Source of the DNA: Ginglymostoma cirratum
Lineage: Eukaryota
DNA: 64,000 bases
Reading direction: 5' to 3'
Assembly (NCBI GenBank): GCA_024137785.1
Contig: JAHRHZ010000116.1
Coordinates: 248,001 to 312,000 of the forward strand
The translations under genes and the position numbers were made by a program. Of the stretch, positions 26,331-39,077 are shown in pieces; position 1 is the stretch's first letter, and the number at the start of each line of letters is the position of its first letter. The notes beneath the pieces were generated by a model. It did no database searches. It was not told where the DNA came from and was given only the letters and a program-made list of their open reading frames with translations.

Positions 26331-28199
26331 GGCAGCAATGATAACCAATGAGCCACTGTACCATTGTTATATATATTTTTTAATGTATCCATCTTTCGAT
26401 AGTACATGATGCCAAAATATTGAATGTATTCAAGATGGGATTAGATGCAGCACCTGGGACGAATGGGATCAAAGGTAATGGTGAGAAAGCAGGATCAGGC
26501 TAATGAGTTGAATGATCAGCCATGATCGTGAAGAATGACAGAGCAGGCTTGAAGGGCCAAAAGAACTCCTACTGCTCCTATCCTCTGTGTTTCTATTTTT
26601 TTTCTAACATTGAGTGGTTTTCGCTCAAATTAGTTTAATTATAGTGGGATTTTTGAACTGTCAGACAGCCGGTCATGCTACATTCTGGAATTCCACTTCG
26701 AACACTAGTTGTTCATTATTATTCCAAAGCAGAGTTTTACACAAATGTTTAGAGCCAGGACATCCGCATAGGGCAAAGAAAATGCGATTGGAATCGCAAG
26801 GAATTCATAATAAATAGTAGCTAATTCTGTAATTCTGCAGTTAGCACAATCTGAGAATCATAGTCGTTGCGAAGGATTTTGCAAGGTGTTTATGTGAATT
26901 GTCCTCTGGGATTTCTGTGCACAAAAAGGTGCTGATGCATCATTATCTGAGACCGGTTGCTATAAGCAGCTGAACAGACATCAGCTGTTATCCAGAAACC
27001 TACAGTTATTGTATGAGACTTTTCGTTCTCTTTACTCTCTCATTGTGGAACCGAATGTAGTTGTAATAGATTGTGGTGTCAGATAACAGCAGAGCCTAGT
27101 TGTTCGCAAAACAGAAATTGCTGAGGAACTCAATAGGCCTGGCATCATCTGTGGAAACAAAACACTGTTAATGGTTCGATTTCAGGGACAGTTCTTCAGG
27201 ACTGATGGAAGCTGGTTTTGTTGTTTATATATGCAGAAGTTCTGGCAGGTAGAAAGGGGAGGATTAAACGATAGCTGGAAACACAGCCCAAACAGGTGAA
27301 CAAAAATGAGCAGTGAAAGGAGTGGAATATGGTCAGTTCAGGAGTTTTTATCAAGGAGTTCAGCACTTTTCACCAGGCTTTCCCCCATCTTAACACACCA
27401 GGCCTTGTTACCTAATGGGTTGTTACGACACCAATCCATTGTCAGCCAAGAATACTGCCTATTGGCGGCTATTGATTTTCCTTGGTTAGCTGTTAACCGG
27501 TTTACTGGCTCCTGTTAAGAAGGCGTCTTTTAACACGGCTTCTGTCAATGAAGAATCTTGATCAGCTGCCAACAGATTAAATGCCATAAAGCTGCAATAA
27601 CAACTTATTCTAGTTATATGCAGTATATGGTCCAGTGAATGGAGATGGAAGTAAACTGAACCGGAACCAGGATCTGGGTGGTTCGCCCCAGTGGGCTGAA
27701 CGTCGAGTGTGAAACAAATGCTCGGCCTGGCGCCATCAGTGGCAGCTGTGTTGCTAAGATGAGCCTAACGTGGACACACGGCGATGGCGACGTCGTTTGA
27801 GGCAAGATGGCACTGAGGAGTGGCGACACAGTCCCACTGGCGACAGCGCATCTCCAAGATATAGTATCCGACGTCAGATGCGGACTGCAGAAACTCGGGA
27901 CACCTTAATGTTCACAGTCTGAGGGCTGGCTTTATTTGTCTGGAGGCAAGGACTAATGGTGGAAGCAAAGGAGTCATCTGTACGTTTCGTTTGCTTTTAG
28001 CTTTATTTTAAACTTCTGGTCTGTTTTAAATCCTGTTCTTTGTGTACTTAGATGATCGCTAGAGAATGGTGACGTTGGACACTTTTCACTGAAATCCTGA
28101 TTCCCTGCATTCGAGTACATGTGACAATCAATTCTAAATTTAAATCTAAATCCATTCCTTTCTCTGTTTATTCTCTCTCTTTGGACTCTATATCCTCCC

Positions 28200-28791
28200 A
28201 TAGTTTATTCCTCATACCTCCTACACCCTATCTCCCGAATTTTAAAAAAAAACTTTTCTTTTTCGTAGCTACTATCCGAGTGGAGTAAGGATCACCCAAC
28301 CCAGGGTTATAGTTTTTGCTTTCATTTGTTGAACCTGTGTCTTGAAGCAAGATCCAAGTATAGTTAATTCACTGCTGCTGCAAAAAAAAAGGGCTGAGTT
28401 ATATCTCTTCGCTTCTAGTTTTGTGCTTTTGGATCGTCTTTGCTCCTGGACTGCAGATATCAAGTGACGGAGATCTGAGGTGCTGAAGTTGTCCTTGTCA
28501 ATCGATTGTTCATGGGATACTGCTATACTGGAAGAGTTGATGAATAGTCGTTTCGATATGTATTATTCTTTTAATTATTTCGACAGAGGTAGTCCTGCCA
28601 ACTCTTTCCATTTTTATCTTTATATTTTAATATGGTGCATGAATAAAGTGTGTTTTGCTTAAAGCTAAGTAGTTTACCAAACGAACCACATCTGAAACGG
28701 AGAGCCTTACACGTACCTTAAAATAAGATAAGAATTAGAGTCTAGAATATTTCATTGATAATTTTTGAGGGAGTTTTTCTGATCCATAACA
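28200..28791 (+). mobile_element. Probable solo LTR related to the Gypsy LTRs
   Basis: Contains aataaagtgtgttttgcttaa, shared in reverse with about 21475-21495, and ends in ...ataaca. The left boundary is uncertain. Confidence 0.45.
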
Positions 28792-29879
28792 AGAGGCAAA
28801 AGGCCGACTGGGTTAAACTTTTCGGAAGACTGATCTTCTCTATACAAAAAGCATAAGGTTCTGGTTGTCTGTCACTTCAACAAACTGTGGTGTTTCATTA
28901 ATTCAATCAAAGCGTCAGGAACACTCTGACTAGCATTCCTTGCCATTTACAAGGCAGCTGAGAGTAAATCGCATCGCAGCATGATTCCAGCTCCTTGCAG
29001 TCGAAACAAGATTCACCCCAGCTTCATATCCCAGTTTTCTCTGACTTCAGCCCAGTTTTTTTTAAAAGAAATTCACCTCGGCCAATGTCACTTCAGCCAT
29101 TTGTTACACAATAATGGTAAACTTCTATGATTGTAGTCATGCTATCATTACTTCCAAATTTCAAATAAATCATTCTCACAGATATGCCCACTTTTAATTT
29201 GCAACGTGACAAGCAAACTTTGTTTCACCGTTTAGGTATGGAATGAAAACTTTTATTCCCAAAATAAAGATAAAAGACAAAGAGTTTCAGATGATTCATG
29301 TTCATTCTTTCGTGAAAACGTAAGATCAAGCCTAGAGTCATCAGTCAATGGAAACATTTTGAAAACTGGTCTGATCCATTCCATTCATGTCATAGGGCCA
29401 TTGTTAGCAAGCCATCATCTATCAAGCATCACTTACGAATGCGATAGACAGATGCCTTTTAACCTTCTGCAGTCCATGAGATGCAACTGAGGAGAAACTA
29501 ACAAGTCCAGCAGACGAATTTACAGTATAGTAATGCCTGTCTGTGTTATTCGCGTTTCCAACTAACTTAGTTGATGCCATGTAGTCCAGCCAGTAGTCAC
29601 TGCTTTCATGTGGGGTTTGGTCCATGTGAGTGTCTTGATTGGCCACTTAAAGAACTAACTACGTCATTGCTGAGTCACCGGAGTCACCAGCTGGCCAGAT
29701 AATGACATGAGTTCAGCAGATTGGCATTTTTCTGATCGTTGTCTCATGGTTACCATGAGATCAACATTCCATACCAGATTTATGAATCAGGAAACACACT
29801 ACCAAACAACCGTGCGACCAACCATGCATGGTTTCTCCAGCACGCCCAACTTCTCCCCGACAACCCCGCCCCCGCCCAT

Positions 29880-30000
29880 TCACACTCTCTTATGGACACA
29901 CACGCACATTCACATACAGTCTCTCTCTCTCTGTCTCGCTCACACACAGACACACACACACACACACACACGTATACACATGCACACCCGCAAACACAAG
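29880..30000. repeat. (CA)n/(CT)n low-complexity tract next to a Penelope fragment
   Basis: Imperfect CA and CT runs. Confidence 0.85.
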
Positions 30001-30870
30001 GGTCACTATTATATTCCTCGACATACTTTTGGCCAGAAACACTGGAAGAAAGACTGAGTCACTGAACAACGTTCAGCAGCAGAAACATAAGCCGATTTTT
30101 AGACAGTAACCTGGAGTCACTTGGTGATGTTCAAAAACAAGAACCTAGGATGATTTCTCGAACTACTCCATATAATTAAACAATATTCAAAGGTAAAATC
30201 TTATGTGTTTTGTCTATTCCAAATCATATTTAATGCATAAATATTAGAAGAAGGGCTTGGGTTATATATCATAATAAGCTCAGAGTCACGGAGAAATTAT
30301 GACGAGAAGCTAAAATTATCACACTGTCTTATTCCCCAGCATTGAACAGCTGGACAATATTCGGAATGAATATTCAGATAGGTGTCTTCCAATAATCCAG
30401 GGAAAATGCATTGTGGAAGAAGTCTGTGTGATTCCCTGGGAATCATCAAAGTCAGCGGATAATGATGAGAGGCATGGAAATCAGGTGAATTCAAATCCCA
30501 TCCATTCAACATTCTGTAAGCAGGTTAACTGAGATCATTCTTACTTCTTGTACTATATTTTAACACTCTTGACGCTTATTGTTTCTGAAACTTTCAGCTG
30601 TGTTTCTGCAGGGTTGAAGCTGATTACCCATTTTATTCGATTATCAAAACTGCTATTACTTCTGTGCTATTTCATTCTGTTTCGTATTAAACGGCAGATT
30701 TAATTGAACAAAAAAGTAATTTACCAAAATACAATGCTGTAAAGGTGAAACTATGTCAAGCTTTCGACTGTCACAATGAAGCACGAGATAATATTCGCAA
30801 GTACCCAATCAATCTGGCAAGTTTGCTCCCAAGCAAATGTATAGTTTATTTTTATCTACCATCCTTTCAG

Positions 30871-31727
30871 TTAACTCACTGACCATTTAGATATTGTCTT
30901 ATCAAGGGTTATTCTCCCGAAATTGATCCCAAATATTTTGTGGTGAGAACGGCAGCAAATCTATTGGTTGTTGCCCAGACCGAATACTGAGGCATATTCC
31001 GATTGGTTATGCAGCACACTTTGCTTCCCCGTATTCTGTCTGTGTGTGCAATATCCAGTCGTGGTTTACATAGTCACATATTGTTCTATCTGGTTCACAG
31101 TCAATTAAACTTATGATAGATTTGTGATTTTGTTTTGCCAGAAGCTGAAAATGAATCTTATCTATCAATAGCAAACCTCTTTGGTTTTGGGAGTTGTGAC
31201 TGTATTGAGCTGTATCAGAAAAAAACTGTTACTTTCAGGTGATGAATGACTATTGGCATGAGACCATCCTTTTGTTTTATGAGGGTGTGTCCTTCATCAT
31301 ATTCTAAACATTGCTGTTCCATTTGTCTCATTGTATTGCTCAATACTTTAAACATCAGAAATAATTTCGTGACCAGCAAAGCACTGAAGAGACTGCATAG
31401 TCAGAGTGGCAAGGACAATGCAAGAGACGCCGGGATGGAAGTCCGAAGGAAACGAATATTTCTTGTCTTTGCTATCTCAGGAAACTTCATAATTTCATGT
31501 GTAGCTATCATGCTGAATTTCACTTGGAACCGAATGCATTGGTTATGCTGTGGGTCTGTAGGATTACTATATTTTGTATAGGAATTGAATCTATTCTCCA
31601 GCACTCTTCTTACTATAGAAATTCTTGCATTTATTTTGTAACTCAGACGACGTTCAGACAGCAATTGAAGAGTATGGTGATGTATCAATTTATTCAAATT
31701 GTATTATTAATTAAATCATATAAATAA
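30871..31727 (+). pseudogene. GPR139-like GPCR pseudogene (large second exon)
   Basis: Acceptor ctttcag| then (V)NSLTI*ILS, followed by CSIWFTV..YDRFV.FCQKLK, VLLNTLNIR, DAGMEVRRKRIFLVFAISGNF and NSCIYFVTQTTFRQQLK. Many stops and frameshifts. Colinear with the intact gene. Confidence 0.85.
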
Positions 31728-33424
31728 CCAATATGTTTCAGAAGAATATCTCAGAACTGTTTCCAATCGACATGTCCCGTGGGTTAAGTGTTCTAATTTA
31801 TGAAGAAAATACACTGTCGCATTGTAACCAGCAGTTGACAGATATAACTAAACAGCTACAAAACGGATTGAATCATATTAATAAAAGATCCTAAATAGTC
31901 GTGGGTGTTGTTTGCTATGCTCTTAATCGTGAGTCAAAATTGAACCACCCTTGGTAATTTTGGGACTGTGAACAACTTGTTTGCAATTATTGAAAGCATT
32001 TAAATGTGATCCCAGATGTGATATACAAATTGTGATAATTACTGAGTACAAAACAAGCTTCAAATAGACAGCAATTTGAAAATAAGCAGATCAATTATTT
32101 ATCGATTTGTTCAAAGGGGAAAGGTTTCAGGAACTTAACATTTAATTGAAAAGGGACCGAGAAATCGATGTTGCATTCAATCAATATCAACAGTGTCATT
32201 CTGCAAATGAATTGTGAGGAACGACAGATGTAAAGAGAGGCAGACATTATATTTTTATTCATGTTCATGGTATCTATAATTATAAACATAAACAAATTGA
32301 TCCACAAAAATTGGAGGCCTGCGACAGTTGAGATAGGAATAATGAATACCCCAATCAGCTTGATTTTATTGCTCCAGTGTCAAAACCATGCAATCTTGGA
32401 GACCAGCTTATGTTACCTTTGTTAAAGTCTTGTTAAAGTATCAGGGACCACAAACAACAGGCGATAAATTAAACGGGTAAGGAACATCTAATACAAGGCG
32501 AAAAATGCTAGACAGCAGCAAAGTTCACTGCACAGAAATAAATCAACTTTTACAAACTTTCGAACTGAAAACATGACTTCAAATCGTGGGGTAAACTGGA
32601 TCAGGGAAGAAGTGAAGAAGTGCAGAGACATTGGAGGGTGGAAAATTGCAGCTTGAAATTTAAAAAAATCTATAATTGTGGTCGATTTTAAAATTAATAC
32701 AACAGGGATAAATCGGATTGCTGAAGTTGTGGTGTGGACGATAACTTTATTAAACGCATTTGGGACAATTTCTCAAAGCAGCGCATCCCGAAACCAGACA
32801 AATATATTCGGTTTATTTCGATTTGGTGATGTTTAATAAGTACGCAGTAATTACTTACGCCGTATACAATTTTTTTACAGCAAAATAATCATAACATGGG
32901 AGAATTTCACGTTCTGTTTAATGCAGACATACCTGAGTATAGAACCAGACTCAGATTATTCCAATAAATTTGTTGGGATTGAACGAACAAAACGTTTCCT
33001 CAACCAAAGTGGGGTGAATATATGGAATTCTGGAGCCCAAAGGTATGTGGATACTCGCTCAACATCAATGAGATTAAGTGAAGTTTGGGCTGCAGTAAAT
33101 GATGGAGTAAGAAGATCTGTTGGGAAATTGGTGCTGAGACAGATGATCCGTCATGACCAAACGAAATGGTTCAGCAGCCGTGAGATCCTGAAGGCCTATA
33201 CACACAGAAACACACAGACACACATGCGCGAGCGTGCTTGCTCGCACGAATGGTACAAACACAGTCACAGACCTGGTGCAAACATAGACATAGGCAGATA
33301 TGCACGCATATACAGGTGCTCAAACACGCATACATGGCACACGCTCAAATCCCCAGTCCTTGATACACGCAGACATACACTTGCACACAAACATGTACAT
33401 CTTTGTACATTGCTCCCTAAAGTA

Positions 33425-33777
33425 ATGGCTATTGTAATATTGTATCATTGTGATGCCGTCATAACTGTGGGGTTTGGGATTGGCATTCCATCACAAATTC
33501 AGTGCAGACTCTGTTAACTCTGTAGTTGCTGACGCAAATCCATGAATGTAGTAGACTGAATATTGCACTCCTACTCTTAGAAACCAATAAACTTCCCAGA
33601 CTGTCATTACTTCGAACAACAGATTGGGGCACCTTGGAACGTTGCCAATTGGACTCTAGATGCATTGCTGATATGAAACTATGTGATTCAGCGTTTTGCA
33701 AACCCGTATCTTCTCCACGGCAGGCCCTGATCTATTTTAGTGCATGGGACACATCGAACTAGCCTTTGACAAAACAG
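33425..33777 (+). pseudogene. Possible Ig-light-chain-like V relic with 12-bp-spacer RSS
   Basis: Leader-like MAIVILYHCDAVIT and acceptor tgcag| at 33507, then ..LLTQ..KLPRLSLL..GTLER..LIYFSAWD. It is followed by CACATCG (33750-33756), exactly 12 nt, and ACAAAACAG (33769-33777). Conserved Cys/Trp residues are absent. Confidence 0.35.
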
Positions 33778-34465
33778 AATCTAAACGCATCCAACACACT
33801 ATCAGGGAGCGAATTTCATATAACGACAGAATACTTAAAAAAAACTGTGCCATGTTGCCTCTAACTTTTGCAACATGCATGTATCTCTGCATTTATTGGG
33901 ATAACAGTACATTTTTAAAGCATTATTGAAATTTGACGAAACCAGCATGGGTTATGAAAACAGACCATTCTTCAAGTATCTAACGACCCTTTTCTTTTTT
34001 GAGGCTATATCAAATAGAATAAATAAGAGAGATCAAGTGCATTCACTGTATTTGGAATTTCAGGAAACTTTTGACAGACTCTCACGTAAGATGTTAGTGG
34101 GCAATATTTGACTGGCTATAAGGCTTTGGCACAATGAGCGAGAATTTGTTCACAAGCAGGAAACAGAGTGGGCTTAAATGAATCTTTTATCTGAGTGACT
34201 GCCATCCGCTTCCAATTCACCCAATTTCTCCAGCACTGGCAAAGAAATGGTGTTGGTTCCAAGCTCGAGATAGATGAGCAGAATCTCATGTATTTACAAC
34301 AGAAGTCTATTCCATGCAACCAGCAACCTGATTCCTGTAACAATCCTCTGTTCTTTCGATTCAACACTTTCTGTGCTTTAGGATCAGAATTCAGCAATTT
34401 TCCAAATACTTTGTCAGTGAGTGACTGGAGGCCAGACTGTCTCATACACCACAGCCACAGGAAGC

Positions 34466-34810
34466 ATGGTGGCACCAAGATCTCTTAACCTACTGCATGT
34501 TCGCTTATCCAGTGTATAACTCCAAACAAATTTCCAAACTTTAGCAAGGTTTTCAATTTCCCTGATAATTCGCTTCCCAATGTGGAGGTGGGGTGGGAGC
34601 TTGAGAATTGCACCAGAAATCATGCGTGTTTAAAAAGGACTGATTGACTTTCCTACCTGCACTATCAGATTTGGTTTTGACTCAGTATGAGGCAGGGAAA
34701 ACTATCCCTAAAACCAGTGATCTTGGAGCAGGATCTCCGAAACCAGTGAGTTTCGACCTGAGCAGTTACTATATGTGCTGGTACCAACGAAACTGCAGGG
34801 AAACCCAGAA
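34466..34810 (+). pseudogene. IgH-like (IgM/IgW VH- or TAILV-like) V pseudogene, 5' half only
   Basis: 46-nt leader MVAPRSLNLLHVRLS+A|GT (34466-34511) resembling shark IgH leaders. The V part reads SDLVLTQYEA...KPVS/FDLSSYYMCWYQ (nucleotide aaaccagtgagtttcgacctgagcagttactatatg, approximately KTSGFDLSSYYM). Truncated at an inverted-repeat arm. Confidence 0.65.
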
Positions 34811-34814
34811 TTCC

Positions 34815-35000
34815 ATTGAAACCCAGAAACTTTGAGCAGACAGGAAATTCAAATCTAAAATATCATCTAAATCTTATGACATTACAATTCAAAAACAGTC
34901 CGCTCTGATTAGAGAGGAGAAGTGTTTGCTTGCTGAAGAAGGTTAAATGATCAGGGACGAGCAGTTGCAGTCTCCGAATAACATCGAGGAGCCAGTGTAG
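34815..35000 (+). repeat. Left arm of 186-bp inverted repeat
   Basis: Reverse complement of 36871-37056, with about 5 mismatches by eye. Confidence 0.95.
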
Positions 35001-35267
35001 CTTGGATCATGCTCCAAGGAACAAGGTGACGTTTTCATCACAAAGTAGATGAACACTTCATTTTCCGCTTGTGAACACTGCAAGCTTCTGGATTCAATGT
35101 CGACTTCAATAACTTTTTGGCCTGAACACCTTCTTCTTACTTCCTACCCCAACACATTACTTAAATCCTGGACACTGCGATCACATTGACTGCAATCACA
35201 AACAACCCTTCATTAAACAATAGCGTCCCCATTAGTAGTTTGCTATACTTCTAAGTTCATAAAGCCG

Positions 35268-35998
35268 AAGAACAAAGGGATCTGGAAGTACTAGTACAGG
35301 ATTCTCTAAAGGTTAACTTGCAGGTTGAGTCTGTGATTAAGAAAGCGAATGGAATTTTGTCATTTATCTCAAGAGGGTTGGAATACAAAAGCAGGGATGT
35401 GCTTCTGAGACTTTATAAAGCTCTAGTTCGGCCCCATTTAGAATACTGTGTCCACTTTTGGGCCCCACACCTCAGGAAGGACATACTGGCACTGGACCGT
35501 GTCCAGCGGAGATTCACATGGATGATCCCTGGAATGGTAAGCCTAATATACGATGAACGGCTGAGGATCCTGGGATTGTATTCATTAGAGTTTAGAAGGT
35601 TGAGGGGAGATCTAATAGAAACTTAAAAGATAATGCATGACTTAGAAAGGGTGGACGTAAGGATATAGTTTCGGTTAGGTCAGGATACTAGGGCCCGTGG
35701 GCACAGCCTTATAGTTAGAGGGGGTCAATTTAGAACGGAAATGAGGAGACATTTCTTCAGCCAGAGAGTGGTGGGCCTGTGGAATTCATTGCCACGGAGC
35801 GCCGTGGAGGCCGGGACGTTGAATGTCTTCAAGGCAGAGATTGATAAATTCTTGATCTTGCAAGGAATCAAGGGCTACGGGGCGGGTGCGGGTAAGTGGA
35901 GTTGAAATGCCCATCAGCCATGATTAAATGGCGGAGTGGACTCGATGGGCCGAATGGCCTTACTTCCACCCCTATGTCTTATGGTCTTATGGTCTTAA
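35268..35998 (+). mobile_element. Relatively young CR1 LINE 3' fragment
   Basis: ORF ...LYKALVRPHLEYCVHFWAPHLRKDILALDRVQRRFT...RRLRGDLIET, with a (ttatggtc)n tail. Confidence 0.92.
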
Positions 35999-36870
35999 GT
36001 TTTACTTTACACATGCCGTTGTTTACCTAAGTGTTCTTTTTTCTCTCTGTGCATGGGTTCCATTTCCACCTATAGTTGACTATTTCTTCTCTATCCACCC
36101 ACTCTCTGGTATATACACCAATATTTTCGTCACTACAAACAGTTCTGAATAAGGGTTATTGAGTCTGGAAACTCTGATTTCATTCTATAGATCCTGTCAG
36201 AGCTGTTGAGTTTTTCCAGCAATTTCAGTTTTTGGTTTGAGTTTACTTCTCCGAAATACTTTATCTGGACATTTGTTCCATACTTTGATGAATCTTTGAG
36301 TGCATAGAATTCACTGTTTTAGTTGTAAAATGGATTCAACAGCTTTAGTGCACTTTCATGGCCACTAAAGTTAAATCTCAAGAAATAAGAACTAAGTTGA
36401 CCTTGAGTGTGCTCACAGTTTACTATTCCACTTGTGTCTTTATAGGCAGATACACTATGATACTACAGATGAAATGGAAGATTTGAGTTCCAAGGACAGT
36501 TTTGAGAGGCTGCGAATATTTCCCTTTTTTTTCCATGAGCGTGACAAGGTGAAGGACGATCTTATAAAAGTTTATAAAATCACTAAGTGTGAATAAGGTG
36601 ATAATATGAGTAACCAAGGTCTTTTCTACACTGTGGCAGAGCTCAAAACTAGAGGGAAAATGTTTCAGCCGAGAAGGGAAGTATTTAAACCCGGACGGAA
36701 TTACATTTTGTCCCCCCACAGTGGGTGGTGGCTCTATAACTCGACTAATCAGCTTCACAGGAAAGTATCACGAGTGAAAATTCTTCTCATTGGAAAACAG
36801 ATTTCTTCTTCTTGTCCCTACTGTATTGAGGAGGCACAGTCTTGACTTTGTCTGAAGCCCTGATTTAGTT

Positions 36871-37056
36871 CTACATTGGCTACTCGATGTTATTCGGAGA
36901 CTGCAACTGCTGGTCCCTGATCATTTAACCTTCTTCCGCAAGCAAACACTTCTCCTCTCTAATCAGAGCGGACTGTTTTTGAATTGTAATGTCATAAGAT
37001 TTAGATGATATTTTAGATTTGAATTTCCTGTCTGCTCAAAATTTCTGGGTTTCAAT
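36871..37056 (-). repeat. Right arm of 186-bp inverted repeat
   Basis: Reverse complement of 34815-35000. Confidence 0.95.
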
Positions 37057-37214
37057 AAATGAACCGATAGAAGGTTGAGGACAGATTAAGGGGGGAAAAA
37101 AGAGAAAACAACCATACAAACTGTCCGATGACAAATATTGTTTGGACATCCCTCACATACATCAAATGACGGGTCCTAAGACCATTTCTATGCATCAACA
37201 AAGAAGATATGGAT

Positions 37215-38620
37215 ACTAGAACATGAGAATAGAAGCAGGAGTAAGAAATGTGGCCCATTGGCCCTCGCCCATCATTCAATGAAATCATGGTTGACGTCTT
37301 AATGGATTCAGCCCCACTTAACCTCGTGCTGACCATAAACCTTAATTCGTTTAGTCTTCAAAAATCTATCCATCTTTGTTTCAAAAAAGTGAAGTAACTT
37401 CAATTGCTTCATTAGGTAAGGAATTCCAGAGATTCAAGGTGCTTTGGGTGAAGAATTTTCTACTCAGCTCCTAAATCTGTTCCCACTTATTTTGAGGTTA
37501 TACCCCTTAGTTCAAGTTTCACCATCACCCCCGCCCCCCAACCAGTGGTAACAACCTCCCTGTTTCTATCTTGTGTATTCCCTCCCCAATTTACCAGTTG
37601 ATATAAGATACCCTCTCTTTTTTTTTTATATATTGCAATTCGTATCGTTCTAGTCCACTTATTGTCTCCTCGTAAGCCAATCCTCCCAAATCCGAAATCA
37701 ATCGAGTGAATTGCCTCTGGTACCCTCCAGTGCCAGCGCATTTCTTGTCAGGTAAGAAGCCTCAAACGATTAGCAGTGCTCCACTTGTGACATTCACTAG
37801 AACCTTATACAGCTGCAGCATCACCTTTCTGCTTTTTAAATCCATCCCTCTCGCAATGAAGGAAAATGTTCCATTTCCGTTCTGAATTACCTTCTGTACC
37901 TGCAAACAAACTTTTTGTACTAGTTCAACAGAACAACCAACTCCCTGTGCGCAGCAACATGCTGCAACCATTCACCATCCTGTTGTTATCCCACCAAAAT
38001 GGATGACCTCACATTTAACAACATTATGTTCCATCAGCTAGATTTTTGCTCAAAAACTTAGCCCATGTGTATCCCTCTGCAAACTTTCAGTGTCCTCTGC
38101 GCAATTTACTGTATCAGTTGTTTTAATGTCGTCTGCAAAATTTGACACATGACACTTAGTCCCCAACTCCAAATCGACAATGTAAATTGTAAAGCATAGC
38201 GGTCCCAACACTGATTCCTGATGCACACCACTAGACAGTGAATACCAAACAAGAAAGAAAAAAGACAGTCTTTTATGCAAAGTCCTTGCTTTTTGTTAGC
38301 TAACCTATCGTCTCTCCATGCTAATACAACACCTGTATCTCCGTGCAGCATTATCTTATGCATCAGTCTTTCATGCATTAATTTGTTCAATGTCTTCTCG
38401 AAATTCAGATACAACAGACCCCCCGATTCCCTGCTGTCCCATCGCACCAGTAATATTCTCAAAAACTTCCACTGCATGAGTTAAATATGACCTGCCGTTC
38501 ATGAATCCCATCTGCGTCTGCCCGTTTGGACAGTTTCTACCCAGATCTTTCTCTATTTTCTCCAAATTGACAGATTCAAACATTTTGGCCACAATTTAAG
38601 TTAAGAAAATGGGCCCATGG
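37215..38620 (-). mobile_element. CR1 LINE RT and 3' region, decayed
   Basis: Minus frames QMGFMNGRSYLT, SGVHQESVLGPLCFTIYI, FADD and KVMLQLYKVLV. Confidence 0.85.
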
Positions 38621-38859
38621 TTAACTGCCTTTTATCTGCTCTGTGTGATTGCAAATGAGAGGAAGTTTGTGTGTGTCAATATTGAGTTTTTCTGAATGAG
38701 TTGAACAATGAACGTGAGTGAACTCGAGTTACTGTGTGAGGAAATATGTGAGCGAGGCTGCGTGTATGAGTGAGAGATTGAGACAGGGTGAGAAAAGATT
38801 ATGTTCCTGAAGTGAATTTGACAAAAGGAGTGTTTGTGAAAGAGACGGTGTGAATTTGA

Positions 38860-39026
38860 GTGAGAAAGAAGGAGAGGGCGAAAGAGAGAAACAAAGAAAG
38901 GGAGGATGAAAGAAAGAAAGAAAGAGAGAAAGAAAGAAATGCAGGGAGGAAGGAAGGGAGAAATAAAGAAAGAAAGAAAGGAAGGAAGAAAGGAGGAAAG
39001 AGAGAAAGAAAGAAAAAGAGAAAAAG
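38860..39026. repeat. Purine-rich (GAAA/GGAA)n tract
   Basis: Almost pure GA run just 3' of the GPCR stop codon. Confidence 0.9.
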
Positions 39027-39077
39027 TGTGACACACCAGGCCACAGTGATGAATGTGAAACAATAAAAAAAGACAAG

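Noticed and set aside
29422-29646. ORF with DRHYYT resembling a V FR3 end
   Set aside because: No other V landmarks and no RSS.
32921-33517. 198-aa ORF
   Set aside because: Composite of a decayed CR1 tail and CA-rich low-complexity sequence. No protein-like features.
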